Shown: piece after piece, positions 27,121 to 44,643 of the stretch | Numbering within the stretch: the first letter of the stretch is position 1 | How the letters are laid out: each line of letters begins with the position of its first letter | Source: Octopus vulgaris | Lineage: Eukaryota | DNA length: 64,000 nt | Assembly (NCBI GenBank): GCA_951406725.2 | Contig: OX597817.1 | Location: forward strand, 806,001-870,000 | Direction: 5' to 3' | Notes under the pieces: generated by a model | Databases searched by the model: none | What the model was told of the DNA's origin: nothing | What the model saw: only the letters and a program-made list of their open reading frames with translations | Position numbers and translations under genes: made by a program

Positions 27121-27426
27121 GAACTGAAATCTGATACAGATGAAAAGGACATAATTATTAGTAGATCAGACAACATTGAGAAAGAAAACGATAAAGAAAT
27201 CCTGAAAGCAAAACAGGACAAAAAACCAGATAAGCATTCAGACACTTCTAGAGATCAAATGTCGGAGGACATACACGACCAGTTTTTACATAAAGCTGAA
27301 GAAGCGATCGAGGCTAAGGAAAAAGCTCTGAAATTAGAACATGAGCTCAGAGAAGAGGAAGAACGACGGCACAAATTGGAGTTGAAACTTCAAGAAGAAC
27401 TGCTCCGCAAGGAAGAAGAAAAGAGA
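27121..27426 (+). CDS. DUF1647-family protein, exon 2 (charged stem / coiled coil)
   Basis: ctatttctag| acceptor, AGA|gtaagt donor, 306 nt open, phase 0: ELKSDTDEKD...KLEHELREEEERRHKLELKLQEELLRKEEEKR. Confidence 0.85.
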
Positions 27427-27751
27427 GTAAGTTCTGATGACTTAATCAGAATTGAATGGTGATTTGTAATATGTATTGTTTATGCGTTTGCGTGTTGATC
27501 GACAATTTCGGGTTTAAAGATGGTAGAGATTTTGTAGAGAGAGCCGCAGCTTATTGAACAGGTAGGCTATCAGACAACCAGTCATCTCATCATCAGTTTC
27601 AATTTGAAATTCAAAAATTAACGAAAAGAAGATTCTAATGGAAACAACGAAGTGAAATTTTGGAAAAATGTAGAGATTTCAATGTGGAAGAGAATCTGGT
27701 CTTTAAGTCAACTGCTGACATTTAAATTTTACCTTCTCAGAAGAAAAAAAA

Positions 27752-27858
<107 letters not shown>

Positions 27859-27859
27859 T

Positions 27860-28030
27860 AACGAAATACAAGAACTTAACGTGAAATAACTTCGTAAATA
27901 TAATTTTTTTCTCAAAAATGCAAAGAGTAAAAGATGTTTTATATGACACATCCTACCAGTGTCCGAAGTTTGAAAGTGTTTAGTTACAAAAAATTATTTT
28001 TTAAATCTGTAGATCAAAAAGTAAAGATCC
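27860..28030. repeat. Dispersed repeat shared with 43890-44053 (probable DNA-transposon end)
   Basis: aacttcgtaaata...gagtaaaagatgttttatatgacacat...gtgtccgaagtttgaaagtgtttagtt occurs at both loci. Confidence 0.6.
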
Positions 28031-28681
28031 ATGGCTTCGTCTAGAGAAAGTAACTGATTAGTTTTGAATGGAAATCGAAATGTGAGTTTATTCGAATCTA
28101 TTCACATCTCTGGTTTAATGTGGGCAAGAGTGAAATAACGTGTCTTTAACTGTGTTTACTCAGCCATTAGTTTTCTTGGAGATGTTAGTCCGCTGAATCT
28201 TGTTATAACTCTGCCCTATCAGGCCTGCCTGTAGCAGGAGGTAACGTCAAACTGTTTAAAACTAGAGAAAAACGTTCGAATCTCAAGGTCATTCACTTTT
28301 GTTTTGACTTTGTGGTGTGATCTCCTGCAAGGTGATTGATCGATATATAGAACATATACGTGATAATTGCATGGTTCATTCGTGACACTGGCCTGTTTAC
28401 TTAGAGAATGGGATTCAAATCCTAGATTTCGCTACACTAGAATCTGAAGAAACTAGTGATAATGTGTGTCGGAATAAAACCCCAAAGAATAATTAGTCAA
28501 ATTTGGAAGACAGGATAAGTTCATTCTCAGAAAGTGATGAATGACATTGTTTCGTGTATGACGCTTCTTCGAAGAAATGGTTTGTTGGTAGGATGTAAAT
28601 CAAGTTATAGAATGTAAGAAAACGTTCCTCAACATTAATTCATTCATCGGTGAGTGGGGATGACTTTTATATTTTTTCCAG

Positions 28682-29128
28682 AAAAAACTAGAGGAAGAAC
28701 AAGCAAGAAGGTTAGCTGAAAAGAAGAAAGAGGAGGAGCTGCGAGAAGAACTGTCACGACTTCATAAAGAATTGGAGAAGAATACGCACACAGTCGGCCC
28801 TAGAGAACAAGTACCTCACCATCCAGATGAAGACCACCACTCAGACGAACATTACAAATATTTGTATATCAGTAAAGGCAAAGAAGCGTCGCCAGTTCAC
28901 GGACGTCATTTTGCCATAAAGGCCACCCAAATTGAGCACGAGATAGAGGAACAGGTAGAGAAGCACATAGAACATTTACCTGAACAGCGGTTCCCTACAA
29001 TCGTGACGGCAGCAACAATGAAAAATTTTCGTGATGTAGAAAAGCTTATTGATTCAGTACAATATTTCCTGCCGGACAAGAAAATAGTGGTTTTCCATAT
29101 TGACCTTGATGACAAGGAGGTGAACGAG
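28682..29128 (+). CDS. DUF1647-family protein, exon 3
   Basis: ttttttccag| and GAG|gtgagt, 447 nt, phase 0; KKLEEEQARRLAE... then FPTIVTAATMKNFRDVEKLIDSVQYFLPDKKIVVFHIDL (start of the DUF1647-like domain). Confidence 0.9.
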
Positions 29129-29241
29129 GTGAGTGGGCTTTAAAAGAAGCCATTTTAATTAATCGCACGCGCGACTCACACACGGATGCATTTACACAGA
29201 CACAAGAACTTCTTTCATGTTAGATTTCCCTATTTCACTTA

Positions 29242-29297
<56 letters not shown>

Positions 29298-29554
29298 TAT
29301 ACTCAAAGATAGATGCATGTACACTCAAACGTACACAGACATGCACTTATATACACCAACGCAGCGAGGGGGTAGCTGTAGGGGCGGCACTTGTGGATCT
29401 GCTGTAGGCAATATGTGTTTTTTGTGGGGTCCGAGGGCGGCAAACAAAAGGGCCGTCCCGGGCGGTGCACACTCCAGCTACGCTAGTGCGTATATACATA
29501 TACCCAAAGACACAAACACACGCACACATAAATACATAGACACATGCATACACA

Positions 29555-29920
29555 CAAGGGGGTACCCAAAAGAAACCGGAATTTCGTAATATTATTTTCT
29601 TCACTTTTATACTTCAAAGTATTCTCCATTTGAAGCAACGCGTCTGTTCTGGCGCGTTTTCATCGGTGAATAGGGAGGAGGGATGCCATTTTGGCTTAAA
29701 AACTGTCTCACATTCAATACGTTTAGGTGTTTGTTTTGCAAGATCTGCGACGTGAAATCGTGTGTTGAAAGAGATATTGTTATCTTTGGGGATGGCCATA
29801 TTTTTGTTTTGCCAATCAACCACAGGCACTAAATACTTGTCCTTCACTTCATCTTTATTGTTATTCTGGAGTGGATCTTGCATGCATGAAGTGAATTCGA
29901 TTCACCATTGCCGAATTTAA
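29555..29920. mobile_element. Mariner-like non-autonomous remnant
   Basis: Begins caagggggtacccaaaagaaaccggaat...cttcaaagtattctccatttgaagcaac; an internal part recurs at 34263-34355. Confidence 0.45.
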
Positions 29921-29944
29921 ATTAACACCGCAACAGAACTTTTC

Positions 29945-30112
29945 CCAAGGGAAAAGAAAAGGTCGATACAGTTTGGCACCGGTGACGTCGCAACTCATTT
30001 CTACTGAAGTAACGTGAAACAAAGTGTCTTGCTCAAGAACACAACACACAGTCCGGTCCGAGCATCGAACTACCTCATGATTGCGAGCCCGACGCCCTAA
30101 TCACTGATCCAC
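29945..30112 (-). mobile_element. SINE family C (tRNA-like head)
   Basis: Minus strand gtgattagggcgtcgggctcgcaatcatgaggtagttcgatgctcggaccggactgtgtgttgtgttcttgagcaagacacttt. Confidence 0.65.
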
Positions 30113-30228
30113 TACAGAAGTAAAAAAGCAAACAAAAAAACGACCCCCACAAAGAAACGAAGCGAATCAATAATAAAGAGGTGTTTAAATCCTTTTATTC
30201 TTTACATTTTGTTTTATTTTTTCTTCAG

Positions 30229-30333
30229 TTACAATCAGCTTGTAACGTAGAAACTCGAATCTTTTGGAAGTGGATGTTTCCATCTCACGTCTACAATGCT
30301 TCTGATATGTCTTGGAAACCCGTTGTCATACAG
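30229..30333 (+). CDS. DUF1647-family protein, exon 4 (ends at a GC donor)
   Basis: ttttcttcag| acceptor; LQSACNVETRIFWKWMFPSHVYNASDMSWKPVVIQ (CNV..R.F, WKP motifs); donor CAG|gcaagt, phase 0. Confidence 0.88.
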
Positions 30334-30364
30334 GCAAGTCAATTATTATCATTATTATTATTTA

Positions 30365-31130
30365 TTCTTTTCACTCGGGTTTTATTGGAACTTCTGATTC
30401 TTTGCACGGGTTGTAGGTTTGTTACCCAAAGCCTGCAGTACTTATGTCATTTGTCCTCTTCAACTATCTCACACTTTTCTGATAATTCTGGCCGTGCCAA
30501 GGAGGAAAACCTTTTTGTAACAGCACTACTGGATACTGTTCCCTTTTTCTTTGTTTCTCTCAATATCTTTTGCTACTATTCCCAAGGCTCCACTCCTCCT
30601 CTAGGAGTATGCAATCGGTGGTTGTCAAAATCATAGTGTTTTGTTTTGATAAAGTTTATCGCATTATAATTGACGGAATTTAGTTCAGTCAAGCTCCAAT
30701 CCAGTACCACGTGATCATGATTTAACTGGAACAGTAAATGTGTTGATGGTACAGCGTTCTTGTTATTAAGAGAGGTTTTAAAAGTTTTTGAACTTTTCTT
30801 CCAAATTTTCCCTTTTTACCCTCGTTTCAACACTTTCCACGCACTCAGTATTTGTAGAATGCGGATTTGTCCAGCTCCTGCTGTATTATCTCTCTTTATT
30901 GAAGTTTCAAATAATCTGCGCCACTGGTCAATCTTCTTGCTGTATATGTCAGTTTCATGCAATTCTTTATTCCAGTAAACTTCTTAATGTCCTTGCTAAA
31001 CCGCTTGACAATACTGAAGAGACTTTCAAGATGGTGAGTGTTCGTAGCTTACAGCTTTGGGTCTCTAGAGCCACCTGCTATTTCTTCAGTGTTGTTTTAA
31101 TGATCTTCGCTACGGTGTCGACAAATTAAT
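30365..31130 (-). mobile_element. Old decayed Dong/R4-like element
   Basis: Minus strand contains aaaggttttcctccttggcacggccagaattatc (LLGTARII) and, upstream, caaatccgcattctacaaatactgagtg and atgatcacgtgg (RH.D.V-like) remnants. Confidence 0.45.
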
Positions 31131-31741
31131 GAACTTTCAGAATTTCGATAATCCCGTCATGTGGGACCGAATTAAAAGTATTCTCGTAGTCGGTCTAGGT
31201 GAATGAGAGGTTCCTTTTCCTATCTTGGTATTATCCTTGTTTACAAACTGGCCAGTTGTCCGTAGGATTTGAACATACACCTTTCAGATTATATCAGCTG
31301 GAGCATTTGGGCTGCAAATCGTCGAAATACTTGGCAGCTTTAACAGCGCTAACGCTATTTACAGTAGAGAGTTATTCCAAATCGTGGTGCAGAGTTAAAT
31401 GTAGATATATTGGGCGCACGGAATTTACACGTGAGCATAGAGCTCTTCTTAGTTTTGCCCACCTTTTATAAGCTCTATCCACCATTTATAAGCAGGTGTC
31501 TACCTACAGATGATTAGATTTAACACCTATCGTTTCCATTCCTCAGTAGGAAAAGATCTACAAAGATTTCAGGCACTCTTTTTCCTCCATGTATTCAGTA
31601 GAAAAATAAACATACAAATATACAATAAAATCTGAATACAATTAGTTTATAGAAAAATTCTTGGGAGTGTTCGAAAAGTTTAATTGCTATGAACTGTAAA
31701 GACGCTAACATTTCGAACCCATGCCCTTCGCCTGGCAGTAA

Positions 31742-31743
<2 letters not shown>

Positions 31744-31817
<74 letters not shown>

Positions 31818-31836
31818 GAGAGAGAGATAGATAGAG

Positions 31837-31902
<66 letters not shown>
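31744..31902. repeat. (AG)n microsatellite
   Basis: Direct inspection. Confidence 0.95.
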
Positions 31903-31905
<3 letters not shown>

Positions 31906-31985
31906 TGTTGTCGCTTTGATTGTTGACAAATCCTACATATATATTTATTTCATATATCCATTTTTCCATAATTCTATGTTTCAAG

Positions 31986-32240
31986 ATGGCCTTGGCAGAA
32001 TTTGGCCTCGTTATGTGGATTGACCCAACAGCAAGGCTGGTAAGCAGTCACTTCGAACCTTTACTGACCGATGCTGAACAGTCGGGTTTTGTAGTCTTAT
32101 CTACCCGGAAGCAGTATTCTACGTTTTCTGTGACACACCCCAATATGTACTCCTATATTCCAACGGATATGACGAAGCTTATGGAATCTAGTCATCTGAA
32201 TATGAGGGTCCTTATTATTCACAACACGCACGAAATTCAG
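31986..32240 (+). CDS. DUF1647-family protein, exon 5
   Basis: tttcaag| and CAG|gtaggt, 255 nt, phase 0; MALAEFGLVMWIDPTARL...YSTFSVTHPNMYSYIP...IIHNTHEIQ (W.D..R and THP.MY.Y motifs). Confidence 0.9.
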
Positions 32241-32249
32241 GTAGGTCAT

Positions 32250-32329
<80 letters not shown>

Positions 32330-32489
32330 CTTCTTCTTCTTCTTCTTCTTCTTCTTCTTCTTCTTCTTCTTCAACAGTTTTTACTTACACCATCAGGTGC
32401 ATTAATGTGTTCCTCAGGTGTGAGCAGCGTTGTCTTTTGAGGATATAAAAATGTCTTTCTATACCCTGTTAGCTTCGTATTGTTAGAAA

Positions 32490-33720
32490 TGATTATAATG
32501 GTCCAAATACTTGGCCTTTTAATCCCTTCGGGGGTCGATAAAATAAAGTACCAATCAAGTACTGAGATAGTTGGTATCAACTAATCTCTACCTCTCAAAA
32601 TTATTGAGCGGTAGGGGTTAGTCAGAGACAATTAGGTTTATAATTATTCAAATTCCGCGCTGGTGGTCACTACCTTTTATCCTTCCTGAGTCGATAAAAT
32701 AAAGTATCAGTCACACACTGGGACCAATGTAATCGATTAATTTCCCCTCTTCGAACTCGCTGCCCTTGTATCTAAACTACAACTGATTATTATCATAATT
32801 ATTAAAGAAGACGATCGGTAGAATTAATAGAACGGCAGATAAACTTTCTTAACTCTTCAATTAAATCCTTTTGTATTTAGCGTTCAAATCTGGCTGGAAA
32901 ATAAATACTTGTGAAATACTCGGTCTAATATAATGGAAAACACCCTTAATATTTGGTGATATTGTGCCGAGTTCAGAAATTGTTATTCGTTGATAGAATA
33001 ATGACGGCTCTAGATTGCTAGGCGCAGTAGAGACTCGAAGTGAATGCTATACAGTCAAAAATGGAGTTCGATTAAATTAACTGTGACTTGCTCTAAAATG
33101 TATTGCCTTGAAATCATTAAGTGAGTGAAAGATAGTCGGATTGTTGGAGTGACGGTTTAAAACAAACACTAACAATACTTGCACTCGTGAGTTATTCTCT
33201 TTTACGCTCTGAGTTCAAATCCAGTCCGGCTCAACCTTGTCTTTTATTCTTGTGCAGCTTCATAATAGGTGTACAAGTCAAATACCGGAAGTGATTTGAA
33301 TGACCATTTATCTAAAGTTAACTCGAGGTCTTGTGTCTGTATAAGAAATCATTAAAATAAATACTTTCTGGCATAGGTACAAAGCCAGAAATTTGGGAGA
33401 AGGGGTCAATCAATGAAATCGACTTCAGTACTTCACTGCTATTTCATTTTGTAGAACTTGAAAAGATAAAAGGCAAAATTGAATTCAGTGGAGTTCGCAC
33501 TCAGAACGTAAATCGCTAGGACAAATATCGCTTCTCACTTATTCGAAACGCAACAATTCTGCTGTTCCGATGGCCTTATTATAATCAACAGCGAAGGGAG
33601 AGTTTGTGAATTTCGAAGTTAGAAATAAAAGTGGATCCGACTTAATCTTTTGCTTTTCTGAGGTCGATCAAATGAATGACAGTTATATACTACGGTTGAT
33701 TTAATCGTCCATGCCTGTCT
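32490..33720. mobile_element. Several degenerate SINE family B copies in both orientations
   Basis: Cores ggggtcgataaaataaagtacc (+; ~32530, ~32690), gagttcaaatcc (+; ~33210), aaaaggcaaaattgaattcagtggagttcgcactcagaacgtaaa (-; ~33470). Confidence 0.6.
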
Positions 33721-33907
33721 TTACAAAGTAGAATCTAGTGCTAATGGGGAAAAAACCAGCTTCAGTATCACTGGTCCAATCTATTTAGAACTTCAAAATT
33801 ATTTCTGTAAATGACCTTTGGTAAATAAGAAAAATATAATCACAATTTAAGTACTACACAGTTCATCAATTTTTAACAGCATTTTTCTTTTTATTTAAAT
33901 CTTGCAG

Positions 33908-34162
33908 GAAAATCTTTTCAAATGGCTTATATTGTGTTCGTTGGAGAAAGAGTGTTTAGCACCGACGGGATCTCGGCAACAATGTGAGTTCCCAATGAAG
34001 AAAGACACTTACGCCAACTGCCATTATTACGAGGAATCAGCCTTCAACATCCTCTTAAAGAACTATTTCTCTTTCCGTCTCGAATCCTTTAATCATGAAG
34101 ATTCTTTTACAATGAACTCTGCTGATTGGAAAGGTCAAATAAATATTAGACGATGTCAATAG
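33908..34162 (+). CDS. DUF1647-family protein, last exon
   Basis: cttgcag| acceptor; ENLFKWLILCSLEKECLAPTGS...YANCHYYEESAFNILL...RRCQ*; AATAAA at 34167 and 34179. Confidence 0.9.
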   Translation, partial: ENLFKWLILCSLEKECLAPTGSRQQCEFPMKKDTYANCHYYEESAFNILLKNYFSFRLESFNHEDSFTMNSADWKGQINIRRCQ

Positions 34163-34420
34163 GAAAAATAAAACAAGCAATAAACTAATTTATATATAAA
34201 AAAAAGACATGAATTTGATTTAATTAGTTGTTACATTTATGCATTTATCTTGCAAGATTCCTGATGTGAAATCGTGTGCTGAAACAGATATTGTTATATT
34301 CGGGGATAATCATTTTACCGATAAACACGCACTATTTATTTGATCTTCACTTTAGCCTTTTTTTCTTTCATCCTTTGAGGCTCGAGGAATTATTCAGGCC
34401 TTCTGCTTATAGTAGAAGAG

Positions 34421-38690
<4,270 letters not shown>

Positions 38691-38799
38691 GATTGGTGTT
38701 GATTTTATTGTTTTATATCCACTAGGGCCAATTCTAACTATAATCCTGTGGCGCTACGAATAAGTTCGGAGCATCGATCAATCAATCGATTGATTCTTT

Positions 38800-39574
38800 T
38801 TAGCATGCGGGGGTATTCCCAGTTAGGCGATCTTCTGGGCAGCGTAGATACTTATGTTGCCTGAGGTATTAGCAGCGAGCTTTTCCGTTCCGTTCATCAT
38901 GGCTCCGATAGCTCTGATAACCAGTTATTACTTCGGGCTTCAATCTCCAGATTTGGTACATTTTGTACTTGATTACTTTCTCTGTAACTTTCACAAAATT
39001 GTTTCTTTCGGATGGTGATGCAATATAGATAAGTATGCATCTCTCAGTTTTTGTCTTTCATAACAATATCAGGCAGCTGGCTTTTATCTCTCTATTTGTA
39101 TGAATGGACGTTTCCCAGAAGATGGCCACAACGTTGTTGCCAGTCACTATGTTTGACTGATGATCATACCACTTCTAATTTGTCTTGAACTTGTATTTCC
39201 TAAATATTTTCAAGTACAGTCATGCAGTTACCTTGTAATGTCTTGGAGGTTTCCAATTTTTGCCAAATCCGGGCATCCAGGGAAAATATGATCGATTATT
39301 TCTTCATATTTTCCATATAATCTGCACTGTGAACCTGTTCCATCTTTAATGATGCAATTTTACTCTTTTACTTGTTTCAGTCATTTGACTGCGGCTATAC
39401 TGGAGCACCGCCTTTAGTCGAGCAAATCGACCCCAGGACTTATTCTTTGGAAGCCTAGTACTTATTCTATCGGTCTCTTTTGCCGAAACGCTAAGTTACG
39501 GGGACGTAAACACACCACCATCGGTTGTCAAGCGATGCTGGGGGAAAACACAGACACACACAGACACAGACACA

Positions 39575-39610
<36 letters not shown>

Positions 39611-39925
39611 TACTATGGGCTTCTTTCAGTTTCCGTCTACCAAATCTACTTACAAGGCTTTGGTCGGCCCGAGGCTATAGTAGAAGACACTTGCCCAAGG
39701 TGCCACGCAGTGGGACTGAACCCGGAACCATGTGGTTGGTAAGCAAGCTACTTTCCACTCAGCCACTAAGATCTGGTCTCGAGACTTTTCCCTGGTGCAG
39801 GGATTACCATGCCGCTCATCTCTACATCCAGTCCGACATTCTTAAGTGCAGTAAATCCTCGCCTGCTTCTTGTGTCCATTGTAGGCACTTGACGTGTATT
39901 ACCTCGTTCTTCTCGGTTAAACAAC
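38800..39925 (-). mobile_element. Older decayed Dong/R4 copy, interrupted by the SINE A at 39361-39767
   Basis: Minus-strand remnants IKDGTGSQCRL..EEIIDHIFPGCPDL, LPDIVMKD, KMYQIWRL/IGAMM, parallel to the intact element. Confidence 0.6.
39361..39767 (-). mobile_element. SINE family A, near full length
   Basis: Reverse complement of 12424-12820. Confidence 0.88.
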
Positions 39926-40707
39926 ATTGACAACCTCTGACACTACTCGCAGTAACAGCAGCTGCAGCAGCGACACCACCACCCCTACTACCAACACGGC
40001 CACTACCACCAGCATAATTATAATTATCATCTTTATCAGCATCAGCATTATCATAAGCAACACATAGACCATTACAACGACCACCGTCGCAGCCGCCACC
40101 ACCACCACTACCACTATAAATAACACTCCCATAACTCCGACCAGACTCACCTTGTCTCCTACCATCACTATAATAACCATCTCCAAATATCACGGTGACA
40201 ACCATTATAGTCCAACACCGTCACCATATCCTCATCACTGCTTTCAATTCATTAACATCGATTTCATTGAAGAGCTTGGTAAAATGAGACTGGTGAACAC
40301 CTCTGACACTGTTTTCATGTTTTAGTATGAGAAAATAACAAAACTCCTAATGAAAGGCAGGCATGGAGTGGAATAAATCGGCGTTATTGCTCGGAATCTG
40401 ATACAAGCAAATCCAAAGCTTCAGTTTTCGGCTGAAAGGTAATACAAAAAAATAATCGTTTCTAATTTAGGCACGGTGTCCGCAGTTTACAACGCACCCA
40501 GTTCTTGACTGGTATTTTATTTTACCGCTCCTGAGAGGATGAAAGGCAAAGGTGGGAGTTGAACTCGGGACGTAACTAAATACTTCAGGTCGAAACTAAA
40601 TACCTCAAAACAGTTCGTCCGACACTCTGACAATTTAGCTAACGTATCGGATTCATAATACTAATAATACTTATAAAATTCAATCCTGATCATTGATTCA
40701 AAGCCTG

Positions 40708-40793
<86 letters not shown>

Positions 40794-40794
40794 A

Positions 40795-40828
<34 letters not shown>

Positions 40829-40914
40829 TGAAGATTAGCTACAAGAATAACAATACGGAAGATAAAATGAAAAACAAGGTGTAATTATAGGTCTGACGGT
40901 CAGAGATTAGGAAA

Positions 40915-41800
40915 ATGGAAGTGTTTTTGACGTTTGGAGCTGAAATCCCTCTTCTGAAAGTAGGACTTTAGTAATCTTCAGAAAAGAAGTCAATGAGAGA
41001 ACATCTGTTAGAACTAAAAATATTCTTCTAGAGACAAACATATCCGAAAATCTTAGTAAATAATACCACAATCAAAGAAAAACGAATCCTAATCCCAAAC
41101 TTTAGGGAAAACTCTTACAACGATGAGGAAGATGCAGACAGAAATATTCTATTTGAAATCCCTCCAAATCCCAGAAACCAGATCTAATATTCGACCGAAC
41201 AATATATTCCAGTTCTATATCAGCCATTAAATCTTAGAAAAATGATTTAAGTCACAAATGTCCAACAGCTGAAGACAACTGCCACAACTTATAAAACTCT
41301 TAACAAAGACAGAATTCACTTCGGTGGTGGTGGGGGATATTAGTGACAAAATGTTGCGGGACGTGTAGGTTGACTGAACAGGGTAAACCCCAACCCCCCA
41401 AAAAATTCAAGAATGGAAGGAAATTCGAGCAAATATGAATTGCAAAAGAAAAAAATCTCTTTTACGGCATCACATGTACACAATGCAATAAGAACTATAT
41501 CAGCCAAACAGGAAACCAATTAATGGACTGTGTCAGGGTACATAAACAACAAAACAACGCTTCATCTATTAGGAGTGTTCCATGTGGTGAACAACTTAAT
41601 ATTTGTGCAAAACTAAAATTAAAAATATACCCATTTTTCAAAGTAAAGGAAAAATCGATCAATTACGAAAGCTCTCCCCCAAAAAGATGCACTCAAAAAA
41701 AGAAAAGTTTTATAAAGCACTAAAAAAAAAAAGAAGTTTTATAAAGATTCTAAAACCGAAACTAAATTGCAATTGAAAACAATTACTACTATACGGATTA
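40915..41800 (+). mobile_element. Decayed Penelope-like element (GIY-YIG) with an eroded antisense hammerhead at its 5' side
   Basis: ITCTQCNKNYISQTG..MDCVRVHKQQ...PCGEQLNICAKLKLKIYPFFK; minus strand 40925-40959 ttt cagaaga gggatttcagctc caaa cg tc aaaa. Confidence 0.7.
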
Positions 41801-42023
41801 CCTTAGAATACGTGTGCTTGAAAAACTAAATACAGCGAAAAGTGCTTACACAAAATATTTCATTCTATCAGCTTTGTTTTAATCTGCATTTCTTATGAGA
41901 CCCTTTTGCATAATCATCAATTTATAATTAAAGAAAATATCTTTCAAATGAATACATATATACACACACACACACACACATGCGTATGAATTTGTATTTA
42001 TATATACATATAAAATATATATG

Positions 42024-42073
<50 letters not shown>

Positions 42074-42503
42074 CAGAAAAAGAATAGATGAGTGAGAGAA
42101 AATCAAACAAGCGATCAGTGGTTTGTCTCGACTAAGGGTATTGCACCCTATCCATAAATTCTGAACATTTTAAAATTCACCCGGCACTAGTCATAGGTAT
42201 TTTTTACTGTTGGGTATAATTCAATAATGTAAACAGTAATATATAAAATTACGGAAAACAAGATATAAGTACCAACCTTTAGAATATTCTTACCGGATCA
42301 CTGGTTAAAGCACCATAATATCACAGACAACATTCGGAGATGATCTGGTGTCTCTTCCTGATAACTAGAGTAACACAGGTTTTATTGATTTAAATGTGTT
42401 GCTCAGAAACAAAGTATAATGTTCGTAGGAGATTTGAACACCAAAATCATGATTAGAGAACTTGATACCTTTTAAAGAAAGCCTTGTCGCAAAGTATTCG
42501 CCC

Positions 42504-42662
42504 CTTTCTCTCTCCCTCTCTCTCCCTCTCTTTCTCCCTCTCTCCCTCTCTTTCCCTCTCTCCCTCTCTCTCCCTTTCTCTCTCCCTCTCTCTCCCTCTC
42601 TCTCCCTCTCTCCCTCTCTCTCCCTCTCTCACCCCCTCTAACACCCCCCTCTCTCTCCCTCT
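42504..42662. repeat. (CTCTCC)-type polypyrimidine tandem repeat
   Basis: Direct inspection. Confidence 0.9.
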
Positions 42663-44059
42663 TTTATTCAGCGAGCCAGTTAGCATTGATATAGCCTAAT
42701 CTTCCATTGTATCACGCCCTGATCCTTCATCGTAGGAAACTCAATAAATCATTGTCAATTTCTTCTTGTTGCTGCTGTTGTTGCTATTGTCGTTGTTGTA
42801 GCAGTTGCAATTGTTGTTGTTGTTGATCTCTGTAACACTGTTTCTTGTTTTCGCTTTGTATTTTGTCCTTGATTTGACGAAGATTTACTTGCTAATTCTA
42901 GAAGTATAAAGCCAGTCAGAACCATGATCAATTGAGTTCAAAGTGTGATTATCCCATCACATTTATTCATAAAAATAGTCTCCTAGAAATAACACCCAAC
43001 CATTTCCTCAAAGGGTTTGATTTAAAGGAAATTTAGCTGTTATTTTAAAAGTCACGTGATGAAATAGAGGCCTCCACGTTGACTTGGATTCAAACGGTTG
43101 GAGAAAGCGTATTTCAACAGGATCTCTACAACTGTAATTTCCGACAAAGGCTACTGCTCACCTTCTGTACACACTTGTGACAAGAAATCGATGTGAAACC
43201 CATGTGATTGTATATATAATCAAGTATTTAAATCATTCAATAAATGAATAAAATACATATTAACAGTGCGTGTTTAACTTGATGCAAAATTCATTATGTG
43301 AAGAAGTTTATAGTATAGTAATTGATATAATCAAATCATTATTGTTATCCTCACACTCGTGGGTAAACAGCCTTGCGTAATACACTTACATCTTTTTGCG
43401 TTCTGATTGCAAGTCCTGCCGGAGTCGACTTTGTTCTTCATTTTCTTGGGGTCGATTAAATAAAGTAAATAGTCAAATGCGTTAGTCAATTATATCTTTC
43501 CTATCAAAACATGTTGCACCTGTGCTTAAGTGAGGATTTTAAAAATAATTATTATGAAAGTGCCGGAGAAATGTCTGGTGCATATGGTTACGCTCATTTT
43601 TCTGAGTTCAAATTCAACCGTGGTGGTGGTTGTCTTTAATCTTATCGACGTCAATAAGTTTCACTCAAGTACTGGGTTGAATTAATCGACTGCTCTCCCC
43701 CTCTCCCTCTCTCCCCTCACAAATTTGTAGCCTTGTATCAATGTTGAAATTCATTCTACATTGTGATGGTTATGAGTAATAGATGGCAAAGTCAGTTGCC
43801 ATCTATTACGCCGGAAGTTGTTGTTGACAAACAACGGCTGTAATTTTATTCAGCTGAATACACGTCATTGACTGGTTGAAATTACCGAAATACGACAACT
43901 TTAACACGAAATGACTTCGTAAATAGAAACTTTTCTCAACAACGTTAAGAGTAAAATATGTTTTATATGATACATTCTACTAGTGTCCGCAGTTTGAAAG
44001 TGTTTAGTTGAAAAAATTAATTTCTCGATCTGCCGATAAAAGTGAGAAGATCCAAATAT

Positions 44060-44643
44060 ACTATGCTTCTGCTCAACCAAGTTTACATGAAGAAATTATC
44101 GACTTAAAAATGATTTCGAAGCTCAAGTATATTTTCAACAGCTCGATTCTGAATCATTCTGGCTCAAAAGGCAATACAAGTATTATCAACTTTGGTAAAA
44201 AATAAAAATGCTGTTCATTGCGTTTCCTACATCATATTTAGTACAGAAAAGATTCAATGCGGTGTCGCAGTTGCTGACTAAACAACGAAATAAATTTGCA
44301 GTAAGTCAAAAAGGAGACTTATGTTTTCTTTTGACTAACATTAAACCTGATATGGAAAATTTAGCGAGATCTCATCAGGCGCAGGGAAATTATTAACTTG
44401 CGATGTATAAAGTAAATTTACAACTTTTGTCTTTATTAATTTTCTATCAATTCACTATTAAAAGCTTATATAATCTATGTTTTTGAGTAAAAATTATCAA
44501 TTATCATCCATGTTAAGTTAGTTTAATATCTCACTCGCCACTTAGGTGGGCGTTAGGCATAACAACTACTGAATAAGAGGCACTACAAAAAAAAACCCCA
44601 AAAAAAAGGAGAGAGAGAGAGGGAGAAAGGGTAAGAACAACTG
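44060..44643 (+). mobile_element. hAT (Buster/Charlie-type) transposase 3' remnant with right TIR
   Basis: QPSLHEEIIDLK...MLFIAFPTSYLVQKRFNAVSQLLTKQRNK...GDLCFLLTNIKPDMENLARSHQAQ; ends aaagggtaagaacaactg. Confidence 0.8.

Noticed and set aside
39822-40205. Gly-rich 127-aa ORF
   Set aside because: Derived from degenerate trinucleotide repeats (ACC, GCA, CAT); no exon context
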